Below, piece after piece: positions 50,847-59,406 of a DNA stretch of 64,000 bases. Under the pieces are notes generated by a model. It was not told where the DNA came from and did not search any database. It saw only the letters and a list, made by a program, of their open reading frames with translations. Where the stretch lies: positions 172,257-236,256 of the forward strand of contig PLZJ01000002.1 in assembly GCA_003152105.1 (NCBI GenBank), given 5' to 3'. The translations under genes and the position numbers were made by a program. Within the stretch, counting starts at the first letter, position 1. The number at the start of each line of letters is the position of its first letter. Origin of the DNA: Candidatus Levyibacteriota bacterium. GTDB lineage: Bacteria > Patescibacteriota > Microgenomatia > Levybacterales > UBA12049.

Positions 50847-51554
50847 TTATTTAACACTATATTTAGAGTCTGTATGATTTTCCCAAAATTCCAGAAAAGA
50901 TTTACGATATTTTGGAAGTCTATGCCTACCTTTTCTCCATTCGGATTTATGGGTTAAATGTTTAATTTCTATCGAAGGAGCAAAATACGCAAGTGCATTT
51001 TCTGATGATAGAACAAAAGGAGGATAGTTTCCCTGCATATTGACCCAACTTGCAATTAAGGCGCCTGTTCTATGATTGCCATCTGATTTAAAGAGTTGTG
51101 GTTGTCCAAGTATGGCTATATATACCTCGGCTGTTATTTTTCTAAAGTCATCACCACGTTTTTTATGTCGTTTATACCAATCGGATACATATTCAACTTG
51201 ATCATAAAAATGAGCAGAAGTCTCCTTTAATGCCTGAGCGTTTTCCATTCTTAATCTATGATCATTACCATAAAGAACAATAGTGTTTAATGCAAGCATA
51301 TGATGAAGGCTTGAATCAACACAGGGTTCTACGTCTTGCAAAATAAGTTTATCTAAATACTCATAACCTATCATCATTCTTTGTCTCACTTCTGAATTAA
51401 AAGGAGGGTTTTTAGCTCCAATTTTATGTTTAGCTAATAATTCGTTAATCTCACTCCAATTATCCTGTACTGATTGGAGAGATTGATCTACTAATGCTAG
51501 GTTTAAATGCTCAGGCGTGGGTTTTAAATACTCTGACATAGGTGGATTATACAA
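50847..51554 (-). CDS. Fic/Doc-like protein with a variant motif
   Basis: PQLFKSDGNHRTGALI versus the consensus HPFxDGNGRxxR. Confidence 0.6.
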   Translation of the reverse strand: MYNPPMSEYLKPTPEHLNLALVDQSLQSVQDNWSEINELLAKHKIGAKNPPFNSEVRQRMMIGYEYLDKLILQDVEPCVDSSLHHMLALNTIVLYGNDHRLRMENAQALKETSAHFYDQVEYVSDWYKRHKKRGDDFRKITAEVYIAILGQPQLFKSDGNHRTGALIASWVNMQGNYPPFVLSSENALAYFAPSIEIKHLTHKSEWRKGRHRLPKYRKSFLEFWENHTDSKYSVK

Positions 51555-51666
51555 CTATATAGGCTCTAACGTACTCCACTCCTGCGAGCTTCAGTTTGTT
51601 ACAAAACAATTGTGAGTAGCATGGTGAGGTAGAACTTATTATCTTAATGGTGTATACTGCCTTTGT

Positions 51667-51942
51667 ATGGAAAAGAATATATTAAATTATAGAATTATTA
51701 TTGAAAGGGAGAAATATGATGATAGATCTCCAGTTTATGTTGCCTATTGTCCAACACTAGGTATTTCTGACTATGGTGATACAGTTGAGGAAGTATTAGC
51801 TAGTATAAAAGATGGCATTGAACTTGCAGTAGAGTCTTTAGCAAAAGAGGGTAAAGAAGTACCTATTGATCAGGTTGAAGACCAAATAATTACTTCTACA
51901 AAAATTAATATTCCTTCAGGTTTAAAAATCTCTTATTCCTAA
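51667..51942 (+). CDS. hicB: HicB-family antitoxin
   Basis: YVAYCPTLG...GDTVEEVL..IKDGIEL...GKEVP. Confidence 0.88.
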   Translation: MEKNILNYRIIIEREKYDDRSPVYVAYCPTLGISDYGDTVEEVLASIKDGIELAVESLAKEGKEVPIDQVEDQIITSTKINIPSGLKISYS

Positions 51943-51943
51943 A

Positions 51944-52168
51944 ATGAGTAAATTACCTCGTAATGTAAAAGGGAAACAATTAATCACAGCTTTAGAGAAA
52001 CTAGGATTTAAAGTAGTAGGTAAACGAGGTAGTCATCATCGTCTTTCTCATCCTGATGGAAGATGGACTCAAGTTGCAGTACATCCTAAACCAATTCCTC
52101 AAGGAACTCTAAGAGCAATTATTCGTCAAGCAGAAATATCAGTTGAGGATTTAATCAAAATTATTTAA
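51944..52168 (+). CDS. hicA: HicA-family mRNase toxin
   Basis: LGF...RGSH..L.HPDG...VH...GTLRAIIRQA. Confidence 0.92.
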   Translation: MSKLPRNVKGKQLITALEKLGFKVVGKRGSHHRLSHPDGRWTQVAVHPKPIPQGTLRAIIRQAEISVEDLIKII

Positions 52169-52256
52169 AAACTTATCCAGAAGATTCTAGCATCCTCCAC
52201 TCCTGCGAGCAACTATCTAGCCTCAAAATAGTCAATTTTAGCCTCGTTGGAGGAGA

Positions 52257-52968
52257 TGAATAAGTCGCGATACATTTCGGAAAATTGAATCTAAATTTAA
52301 TGTTCTATGCCAACTGATTTTAAAAGAGTAAGATATCACCGACCAAATATATCTAAATTGAGCTATCATATCGAGATGAAAGCTCTGCAAGATTCCATGG
52401 CAACTCAGATATCTGATGTAGCTGCGTTTAGAATTCATGTAATCACTCATTACTACAAATATGGACTGCGTGCTACACTTGATGCTTTTAACCTAAAACA
52501 AAGCACATTCTATGATTGGAAGTGGGCATATGAGAGAAACTACAGAAGAGTAATTGCTCTTGTTCCTAAGAAAACTATTCCTAAAGCTGTTAGGAGAATG
52601 GAAACAGACTGGAGGATAATAGACTTTATCAAACAAATGAGAATTGAGCATGGAAACATAGGAAAAGAAATGCTTAAACCATTTGTTGATGCATATGCAA
52701 AAGAGCTTGGAATCAAAACCATAGGTACTACTACAATTCAAAAGATAATTAAAAGAAGACACTTTACCTTTGAAAAAAAAGTTTACCCACAAAAACAGAA
52801 AAACAAATTTACCAAGCTAAGAACAAGAAAATCACCTAAGGTACAAAGACCAGGATTTGTACAAATGGATTCAATAGTTGTGTATGTGAACTATGAGAAG
52901 TATTTATTTATGTGCTGTATTGATATCTTTACTAAGTTTGCTCACGTGGTGTGCGTAGATACACTTTC
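52257..52968 (+). mobile_element. Truncated IS with an rve/DDE transposase (IS481/IS3-like; ORF from 52307, cut at 52968)
   Basis: HTH (STFYDWK) and PGFVQMDS...CIDIFTK. It interrupts the last family A arm and is itself cut by the next IS; the left end is approximate. Confidence 0.75.
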
Positions 52969-53035
52969 TGACAGGTATACGCTAAAGTAGACACTGAGTC
53001 TTAGTATCAATATATACTAGAGAAGAGGTGTTTTT

Positions 53036-53284
53036 ATGTTTGCCCCAATTAATCCAGAAGTTAAAGCAGAAATAATTGAAAAGATTAAAAAAGGAGGAAA
53101 AGTTTTAGATCTTTCCAAGCAATATGGAGTTCACGAGAAAACAATCTATGGCTGACTTAGGAAAAAAGCAATTGGAACAATTTCCCTTCTTGAGTACAAC
53201 AGATTAAGAAATGAAAATACGCAACTAAAGCAAATCATAGGTGTTTTAACTTACGAGATAGAAAAATCAAAAAAAAAGAAGTGA
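53036..53284 (+). pseudogene. IS3 OrfA (HTH) with in-frame TGA at 53153
   Basis: MFAPINPEVKAEII...YGVHEKTIYG*LRKK...LRNENTQLKQII; the stop sits where Trp is expected. Confidence 0.75.
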
Positions 53285-54125
53285 GATCAAAGATCTTTTA
53301 GAAGTTTCCATAAAGGGCATAAACAAAAAACTGCTTTCCCAACTACTAAATCTTGCCAGAGCAACTATCTACAAACCTAAGGTTGATCATGCAAGTGAGG
53401 ATGAACTTCTTAAGGATCAAATACTTAAGGCACTTGAACTTCACCCTTCCTATGGACACAGAAGAATTGCTTTGTTCCTTAACCTTGGCCAAAGGAAAGT
53501 CAGAAGAGTAATGAAACAGTATGGTTTAAAACCATACAAACGTAAAGCCAGGTGGAGAAAAAGAAGAGATGAAAGACGTGAGGAACAACCATACTTAAAT
53601 TTAATCAAAGGTAGTTGTCCAATTAAACCAGGAACGGTCCTGGTTGGAGATTTTACCCACATAATATACCAATCTAAAGTTTTGTATCTGGCAACATATA
53701 TGGATGTATATACAAGAGAAGTAGTTGGTTGGCATATTTCAAACAAACATACCAAAGAACTGGTTCTTGAAGCTATGCTTGATGCAATTAAAACCTTAGG
53801 TCAAAAACCAAAGGTTGTGCATACAGATCAGGGATCAGAATATTGTTCAAAAGAAAATCTTTCATTTCTAGAAAGTCTTGGTATTCAAATCTCCATGAGC
53901 AAGAAGGCATCGCCTTGGGAGAATGGTTACCAGGAAAGTTTTTACAACAACTTTAAAACAGATCTGGGACTTGAGTTTGATAGATTTGAAACACTTGGAC
54001 ACTTAGTTGCTGCAATTTATGAAACTATCAACTATTACAACCAGGAAAGAATTCACACAAAACTAAAGATGGCGCCTGTAAAATTTAAAGAGAAATTCTT
54101 GAGAAATTCAGCCGATAGAGGTTAA
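53280..54125 (+). CDS. IS3 OrfB DDE transposase (frame open from the A9 run at 53269-53277)
   Basis: YGHRRI, GDFT, HTDQGSEY, ENGYQESF and YYNQERIH motifs. Confidence 0.9.
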   Translation, partial: SEIKDLLEVSIKGINKKLLSQLLNLARATIYKPKVDHASEDELLKDQILKALELHPSYGHRRIALFLNLGQRKVRRVMKQYGLKPYKRKARWRKRRDERREEQPYLNLIKGSCPIKPGTVLVGDFTHIIYQSKVLYLATYMDVYTREVVGWHISNKHTKELVLEAMLDAIKTLGQKPKVVHTDQGSEYCSKENLSFLESLGIQISMSKKASPWENGYQESFYNNFKTDLGLEFDRFETLGHLVAAIYETINYYNQERIHTKLKMAPVKFKEKFLRNSADRG

Positions 54126-54158
54126 GAATGAGTGTCTACTAAAACGTGTACTTGACAC

Positions 54159-54839
54159 TATTTATTTTTCTCAACTTTTTTATTTATAATTTGGATTCTT
54201 TTATTTCTTCTCAGAAAAAATCTAAGAAGAGAGATGCTTTTTGGGAGCGTATTGTTAACACCAATGGCACTTACAGAACCATTTTTTGTACCGACATATT
54301 GGAGACCAGATTCTATTTTAAATCATCCCAAATTGTCAGTAGAAGATTTTATTTTTTGCTTCGCTATTGGAGGAATAATTGCAATCTGTTACGAATTTGT
54401 TATGGGGAGCGCACTTGACCACTATAGGCTGCATCGTACAATTAGATATGTATTTTTTCAGTTATTGTTTTTACTATCTGGAGGAATTATTTTATTCGTG
54501 TTTTATCTCATATTAAGACTAGAGTTTATATATGCTACATACCTTTTTGCAATCACAGAGATTAGTATATTTACCGTTTTAAGAAGAGATCTGTTACGAA
54601 AAATAATATATTCTGGGATTATATTCGGTACATTTTATTCAACTGTTTATATTGTATTTTCGATATTATTTCCAATCAGATTCGTGCATATGTGGAATAT
54701 TCGAGATTTGTCAGGTATATTTGTACTAGGCATGCCGCTTGAAGAGATTGTTTGGGCATTTCTTATTGGAGCTGTAGCTGCACCATTTTATGAACTTATT
54801 TTTAGTCTAGAGCTAAAAAAGCATTCAGTAGATTCCTAA
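54159..54839 (+). CDS. Lycopene-cyclase-domain-like membrane protein, 5' end cut by the IS
   Basis: The frame is open upstream of 54234 (YLFFSTFLFIIWILLFLLRKNLRREMLF) up to a TGA in the IS end; PTYW.P, EDFIF and GMPLEE motifs. Confidence 0.6.
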   Translation, partial: YLFFSTFLFIIWILLFLLRKNLRREMLFGSVLLTPMALTEPFFVPTYWRPDSILNHPKLSVEDFIFCFAIGGIIAICYEFVMGSALDHYRLHRTIRYVFFQLLFLLSGGIILFVFYLILRLEFIYATYLFAITEISIFTVLRRDLLRKIIYSGIIFGTFYSTVYIVFSILFPIRFVHMWNIRDLSGIFVLGMPLEEIVWAFLIGAVAAPFYELIFSLELKKHSVDS

Positions 54840-54860
54840 CTTCATTACTCTTGCAATTTC

Positions 54861-55349
54861 TTATTTGGCTTGCAATAGTTCGTTTATGATAATTTTTTTC
54901 ATCTTAAGCATCGCCTGCATAGCTTTTTCACCATTTATTAATTCAGCAATATTTTCAGGAGCTACTTGCCATGAAAGTCCAAATTTATCTTTTAACCATC
55001 CACATTGTTCTGCTTCTGGGACAGCTGAAAGTTTTTCCCAAAAATAATCAATTTCCTCTTGGTCTTTACATTGAATTACAAAGGAGATAGATTCGTTGAA
55101 CTTAAAGTTTGGTCCACCATTTAATCCTAAAAATTGTCGCCCATTTAATTCAAAATCTATGACCAAAACAGAACCTTTAGATCCCGATGGCGTATCAGCT
55201 GAGGCATGAGTGACATTTAGAACTTTTGAGTTTGGGAAAACAGAAACATAAAAATTTGCAGCTTCCTCAGCATTTTTATCAAACCATAAACAAGGATAAA
55301 TATATTTCATAGCTAAGACAATTTTACTAAGTTTATATAATAAAATCAA
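54861..55349 (-). CDS. VOC/PhnB-like protein (likely start MKYIYPCLWF)
   Basis: PCLWFD..AEEA, LNGGP.F.FNESISF and CGWLKDKFGLSWQ motifs. Confidence 0.9.
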   Translation of the reverse strand: MILLYKLSKIVLAMKYIYPCLWFDKNAEEAANFYVSVFPNSKVLNVTHASADTPSGSKGSVLVIDFELNGRQFLGLNGGPNFKFNESISFVIQCKDQEEIDYFWEKLSAVPEAEQCGWLKDKFGLSWQVAPENIAELINGEKAMQAMLKMKKIIINELLQAK

Positions 55350-55494
55350 TATAAATCCACAAGAATTAAGTATGAGATTATTAACAATATGCCAATATTA
55401 TGACTAAAATTTACTTAAATAAAAGGTTCTGACAGCTTCAATTTATGTAGCTCAAATTTTTGACAACGCTGATATTTAAGCATATCATGTATCC

Positions 55495-55665
55495 ATGCAT
55501 GTATTTAAACCATTAATTATACTAGGGTTGGTCTTGATGATTGTCATAATCGTTACTGTAGATTTATTGTTCTTCAAAAACCGGTTTTGGGAACGACTAA
55601 TTGTGAATATAGGAATCGTCTTAGTATTTGCAGCTTTATACTTGATATATTTTAGACATCAGTAA
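55495..55665 (+). CDS. Small two-TM membrane protein (56 aa)
   Basis: Hand-translated ...VDLLFFKNRFWERLIVNIGIVLVFAALY... Confidence 0.6.
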   Translation: MHVFKPLIILGLVLMIVIIVTVDLLFFKNRFWERLIVNIGIVLVFAALYLIYFRHQ

Positions 55666-55746
55666 TGAAGTAAATTCATCAACAATAGATAGATAACTTA
55701 AATAATATTACTAAAAAATGTTAACAAGTTCTAATTATATGAGTAA

Positions 55747-56439
55747 TTAGAAAATCCCCGGGATCAATCTCCAGCGTACTTTATTTTGATATTCTTTGTA
55801 GCCTTTTAATTCACTTCTAAGTAGTTTCTCTTCTTCAGTTGCCCTAATAGCAAAGAAAAGGAAAAAAACAGGAGTAATAAGCATGACCCACAAAGAACCA
55901 AGCGCCAAGGGTGCACCTAGAATATAAATAAGAGCTCCCGCATACATTGGGTGTCTGATGATTCCATAGGTGCCAGTTTGGATAAGCTCCTGATCTTTTT
56001 CAACTCTTACATTCGATGAGGCGAAACTATTCTCCTTCGTAACAATGTAATAAATATATAAGCCAATGAATACTAAAAAGTCTCCTAATATACTTAGATA
56101 CCATGGAACAGGGGACCATCCAAATCTGTGATCAAGCGGAGGTAATACTAAGAAAGCTAAGATTAAAGGCGTCCCAAGTAGAACTAAAATTTTTTGAGTT
56201 TTTTCTTTTTCACGACCCATTTGCATGCGTCTCTTAAAAAGTTTTGGATTATGGATCGCAATATTAACTGTTATTACAGTCAGCTCAATTCCAACTACCA
56301 AACAGTAAAACCAGCCTTGCCAATAGTTAATAGTTCCTGCAGAAGCAAAAGTCAAAATGAAGAAAAATAAGACACCTAACATGCTTAAAAACAGTGATTG
56401 AAAGATAGGTTTATGCATATTGTTTAATAAAACAATCAA
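55747..56439 (-). CDS. Isoprenylcysteine carboxyl methyltransferase (ICMT/PEMT) family
   Basis: ENSFAS, TGTYGIIRHPMYAG, EEK.L and Y...VRWRLIP motifs. Confidence 0.9.
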   Translation of the reverse strand: MIVLLNNMHKPIFQSLFLSMLGVLFFFILTFASAGTINYWQGWFYCLVVGIELTVITVNIAIHNPKLFKRRMQMGREKEKTQKILVLLGTPLILAFLVLPPLDHRFGWSPVPWYLSILGDFLVFIGLYIYYIVTKENSFASSNVRVEKDQELIQTGTYGIIRHPMYAGALIYILGAPLALGSLWVMLITPVFFLFFAIRATEEEKLLRSELKGYKEYQNKVRWRLIPGIF

Positions 56440-56575
56440 TTGATATCAATAGGATACTCTTAAGTAAGAGTGCAATCAAGTATTCTTAGTTCTAATACTC
56501 TACCGATAGCAGTTTTTCTTACTAACTTCTTACTTTACTTTTGAAGGTTAATTATTTACAATTATTCTGTAATCT

Positions 56576-56935
56576 ATGTTAAATCTTAATTCAATGATGA
56601 TCGGGTCGTTTCAGCAAAAGGTTTTGGCTGAGTTTTACCAAAAAGTATTTGAAAAAGAACCTGATATGGCTGATGGTGGTTATTCAGGTTGGCTAGTTGG
56701 AAAAACATTCTTTGCGGTCGGAGAGCACTCAGACATCAAAAACAAGTCTAAAGAACCTGCAAGATTTATATTCAATTTTGAAACAATAGATGTAAAAAAA
56801 GAGTTTAATCGAATTAAGAATATCGGTGCAGAAGTCATAAAAGAGCCTTACGAAATGGGTGGTGCATGGATCGCTACGCTGGCAGATCCAGATGGTAACT
56901 ATTTTCAATTAATGACTCCTTGGGAATCCAAATAG
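56576..56935 (+). CDS. VOC/glyoxalase family protein
   Basis: GAEVIKEP and ATLADPDGNYFQL motifs. Confidence 0.88.
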   Translation: MLNLNSMMIGSFQQKVLAEFYQKVFEKEPDMADGGYSGWLVGKTFFAVGEHSDIKNKSKEPARFIFNFETIDVKKEFNRIKNIGAEVIKEPYEMGGAWIATLADPDGNYFQLMTPWESK

Positions 56936-56995
56936 ACTCTAATATTTTTCTTACAATTGTCTTACTTATGTAGCTTCAGGTGATATAATACCATT

Positions 56996-57541
56996 ATGGG
57001 GCAAAGTAAGAGCAATAAAATACAATTTGAAGCAAAACTTATTACAATCAAAACGTGGACAATTCTTAAATTACCAAAAGAGGCAAGTATTAAGCTTCCA
57101 TCTCGTGCTTTAACAATGGTTAAGGGAATTATTAATGGTATTCCTTTCCAGGAAGCACTTGAGCCAGATGGTAAGGGAAGTCATTGGTTTAAAATCGACG
57201 ATTCGCTACAGAAGGCAACTAAAATTAAAGCAGGAGATAATGTAAAAGTTGAAATAGAAGCATCTAAAGAATGGGTAGAGCCTGAAATACCAGAGGATTT
57301 GAAGAAGGCTCTTTTAACCTCAAAAAAAGCAGCAGATTTGTGGAAGGATATCACTCCCAATGCAAGGTGGGATTGGGTTCGCTGGATACGCGCAGTTAAA
57401 ACTACAGAAACTCGTCAAAAGCATATTCAGGTTGCGCTTTCGAAACTAAATAAAGGTATGAGAAGACCATGTTGTTTTAATCGCAATCTTTGTAGTGAGC
57501 CTTTTGTGTCACACAACTGGGTGCTTTTGGATCAAGTCTAA
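56996..57541 (+). CDS. DUF1905 + YdeI/OmpD-associated protein
   Basis: VKGIING.PF...LEPDGKGSHW and IPEDLKKAL motifs. Confidence 0.8.
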   Translation: MGQSKSNKIQFEAKLITIKTWTILKLPKEASIKLPSRALTMVKGIINGIPFQEALEPDGKGSHWFKIDDSLQKATKIKAGDNVKVEIEASKEWVEPEIPEDLKKALLTSKKAADLWKDITPNARWDWVRWIRAVKTTETRQKHIQVALSKLNKGMRRPCCFNRNLCSEPFVSHNWVLLDQV

Positions 57542-57657
57542 ACTGCAAACGGTTTCTTTGTATTTTTATTCTCTTTATATTAATTGATCCTTAGAAATAT
57601 GATTCATAGTAGCGTAGCCAGCTTTATTAACTTAGATTCAGATGCAGATGATATAAT

Positions 57658-58065
57658 GTGGGTATGGATGATTGCATATTTTGTAAAATAATAAAAAAAG
57701 AAGCTCCTGCTCTGATTATTGATGAGAATGAGGATTTAATAGTCATTTTATCCTTAGAAAATCATCCATTAATAATAACAAAGAAGCATTTTGATAATAT
57801 CTACCATTTAGACGATAAAGTTGCTAGTGCAATTATGATTGAGGCAGTAAAAATTGCTAAAGCAGTTAAGAATGGATTAGATGCTGAAGGCGTGAATCTT
57901 GTTCAATCAAATGAAAAGGCAGCAAAACAGGATGTATTCCATTTCCATTTACATGTTAAGCCTAGATGGCATAAAGATTCAGTAGTACTTAATTGGAATG
58001 GTAAAACAGTAGAGACTGATAAAAGGATATTTACGCAAGAAAAAATAAAAAAACAACTTAAATAA
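57658..58065 (+). CDS. HIT family hydrolase
   Basis: DCIFCKII and QDVFHFHLHVKPR motifs. Confidence 0.92.
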   Translation: MGMDDCIFCKIIKKEAPALIIDENEDLIVILSLENHPLIITKKHFDNIYHLDDKVASAIMIEAVKIAKAVKNGLDAEGVNLVQSNEKAAKQDVFHFHLHVKPRWHKDSVVLNWNGKTVETDKRIFTQEKIKKQLK

Positions 58066-58101
58066 CTACATTTCTGCGTAGATTTTTGCAACATTTCAAA
58101 T

Positions 58102-58536
58102 ATGAAAAAAATAGTTCTAATAGTATTTGTTTTATTAATAATTGGATATATAGCTTATCAGAACAGCACTTTGTTGTTACTTCGAATAATGACTTTGTTT
58201 ACTGGTTCATCTTCAAGTACTATTACGAGTTCAGGATCGTTGAGTCCTAAGCCTCCTTTTAAAGACGGAACATACATAGGAAATCCAGAGGACGCGTTTT
58301 ATGGTAATATTCAAGTTCAAACTGTTATATCTGCAGGAAAGATCGTCGATGTGCAATTTCTGCAATATCCAGGTGACAGAACGCGATCATTAGCTATAAA
58401 CACTTTGGCTATGCCTAACTTAAAACAAGAGGCGATACAAGCTCAAAGTGCAAACGTTGATATTATTTCTGGAGCAACTGATTCAAGCAATGCGTTTGTA
58501 CAATCTCTTTCATCCGCGCTTGCCAAATCAAAGTAG
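58102..58536 (+). CDS. FMN-binding domain protein
   Basis: KDGTY.G and VDIISGATDSS flavinylation motif. Confidence 0.88.
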   Translation: MKKIVLIVFVLLIIGYIAYQNSTLLLLRIMTLFTGSSSSTITSSGSLSPKPPFKDGTYIGNPEDAFYGNIQVQTVISAGKIVDVQFLQYPGDRTRSLAINTLAMPNLKQEAIQAQSANVDIISGATDSSNAFVQSLSSALAKSK

Positions 58537-58583
58537 TTAATTAATATTCATTTCCAAGTTCAACAATTTGCTATAATCATAAT

Positions 58584-59312
58584 ATGAGTGAGCAACACAA
58601 TCCTGAGCATGTTTTTAACGAAAAAAAACGAATAGGAAAATTATCTCAAATTCGAGAATTAGTGTTTGGAGCACAAGATGGATTGCTTGTTCCACTTGGG
58701 GTGGTAACTTCTGTTGCAGGAGCATTTAATAATAATCATTTTGTTATTGTAGCAGGGATTTCAGAAGCGTTAGCTGGAGCATTTTCTATGGCAACTGGTG
58801 CGTATTTGTCATCTCAAGCAGAAAAACAGGTACATAATGCTGAAATCGCGAAAGAAACCAGCGCTATTTTAAAATATCCAAATGAAGAACATGAAGAAAT
58901 GGTTTTATTGTTTGAAAAAGAAGGAGTTTCAAATGATGACGCAAAAAAACTGACTGCAATTCTTTCAAAGCATAACGGCTCATTTACAACAACAATGATT
59001 CAAAAGGAGTTGGGACTCGATCCAGAACCTCCCGGTACTGCTATGGGTGATGCATTATATGTAGGATTATCATATCTTATAGCTGCTATCATACCTCTGG
59101 CTCCCTATTTTTTTACTTCAGGATTTAAAGCCATTGTTATTTCTATGCTGGCAACATTTGCAGCATTATTTATTATAGGATTTTTGAAAGGAAAACTTGC
59201 GTCTCTGCCCTATATTAGAAGTGGGCTTGAAGTATTGTTGGTAGGTGCAGGTGCAGGTATTGGTGGATACTTTTTAGGAACATTTCTTCCGAAGCTATTA
59301 CATCTAGAGTAG
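58584..59312 (+). CDS. VIT1/CCC1 family transporter
   Basis: VFGAQDGL and AGAFSMATGAYLS motifs. Confidence 0.9.
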   Translation: MSEQHNPEHVFNEKKRIGKLSQIRELVFGAQDGLLVPLGVVTSVAGAFNNNHFVIVAGISEALAGAFSMATGAYLSSQAEKQVHNAEIAKETSAILKYPNEEHEEMVLLFEKEGVSNDDAKKLTAILSKHNGSFTTTMIQKELGLDPEPPGTAMGDALYVGLSYLIAAIIPLAPYFFTSGFKAIVISMLATFAALFIIGFLKGKLASLPYIRSGLEVLLVGAGAGIGGYFLGTFLPKLLHLE

Positions 59313-59406
59313 AAATATCTACCCTGATAATTATATCCCATAGTATATAATCTCTTATATACATCAATTTTGTTACTTTTTGTTAACTTGAACTCAAACG
59401 ATCACT

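Larger units (their letters stand above)
30357..52210 (+). repeat. About 30 direct copies of a 27-bp att-like arm GTTCTAACATCCTCCACTCCTGCGAGC delimiting gene cassettes
   Basis: Copy starts read by eye: 30357, 30810, 31580, 32336, 32837, 33806, 34239, 34780, 35457, 35890, 36419, 37068, 37723, 38123, 38875, 39601, 40496, 41908, 42848 (degenerate), 44856, 45468, 46141, 46590, 47263, 48220 (degenerate), 49126, 50353, 50811, 51563, 52184. All share one orientation and lie between genes or overlap a stop codon. Confidence 0.95.
52969..54157 (+). mobile_element. IS3-family insertion sequence, probably inactive
   Basis: Imperfect ~35-bp terminal inverted repeats TGACAGGTATACGCTAAAGTAGACACT / TGTCAAGTACACGTTTTAGTAGACACT (TG...CA); orfA and orfB inside; no target duplication seen. 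Confidence 0.88.

Noticed and set aside
30357-52210. CRISPR array
   Set aside because: Spacers are 0.4-2 kb and contain complete genes, the repeats are too variable, and no cas genes are present.
30357-52210. REP/MITE elements or terminators
   Set aside because: The 27-mer is not palindromic, has no U-tract, is strictly co-oriented regardless of gene direction, and is absent from the core region 1-22 kb.
30357-52210. Diversity-generating retroelement or retron
   Set aside because: No reverse transcriptase and no TR/VR pair with adenine-specific differences were seen.
30357-52256. Classical integron/CALIN attC sites (TTCTAAC after stop codons resembles the R'' box RYYYAAC)
   Set aside because: Most copies have no complementary half, and the long forms end in ATT(A/C)GAAC rather than GTTRRRY. 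Genes are on both strands, no IntI is in the window, and the core and reading frame tie the arms to the serine recombinase. An IntegronFinder run would be the formal test.
53153-53155. TGA recoding (alternative genetic code)
   Set aside because: TGA terminates conserved genes such as yidC and dnaG at the expected ends; a single TGG-to-TGA change in a decaying IS is simpler.
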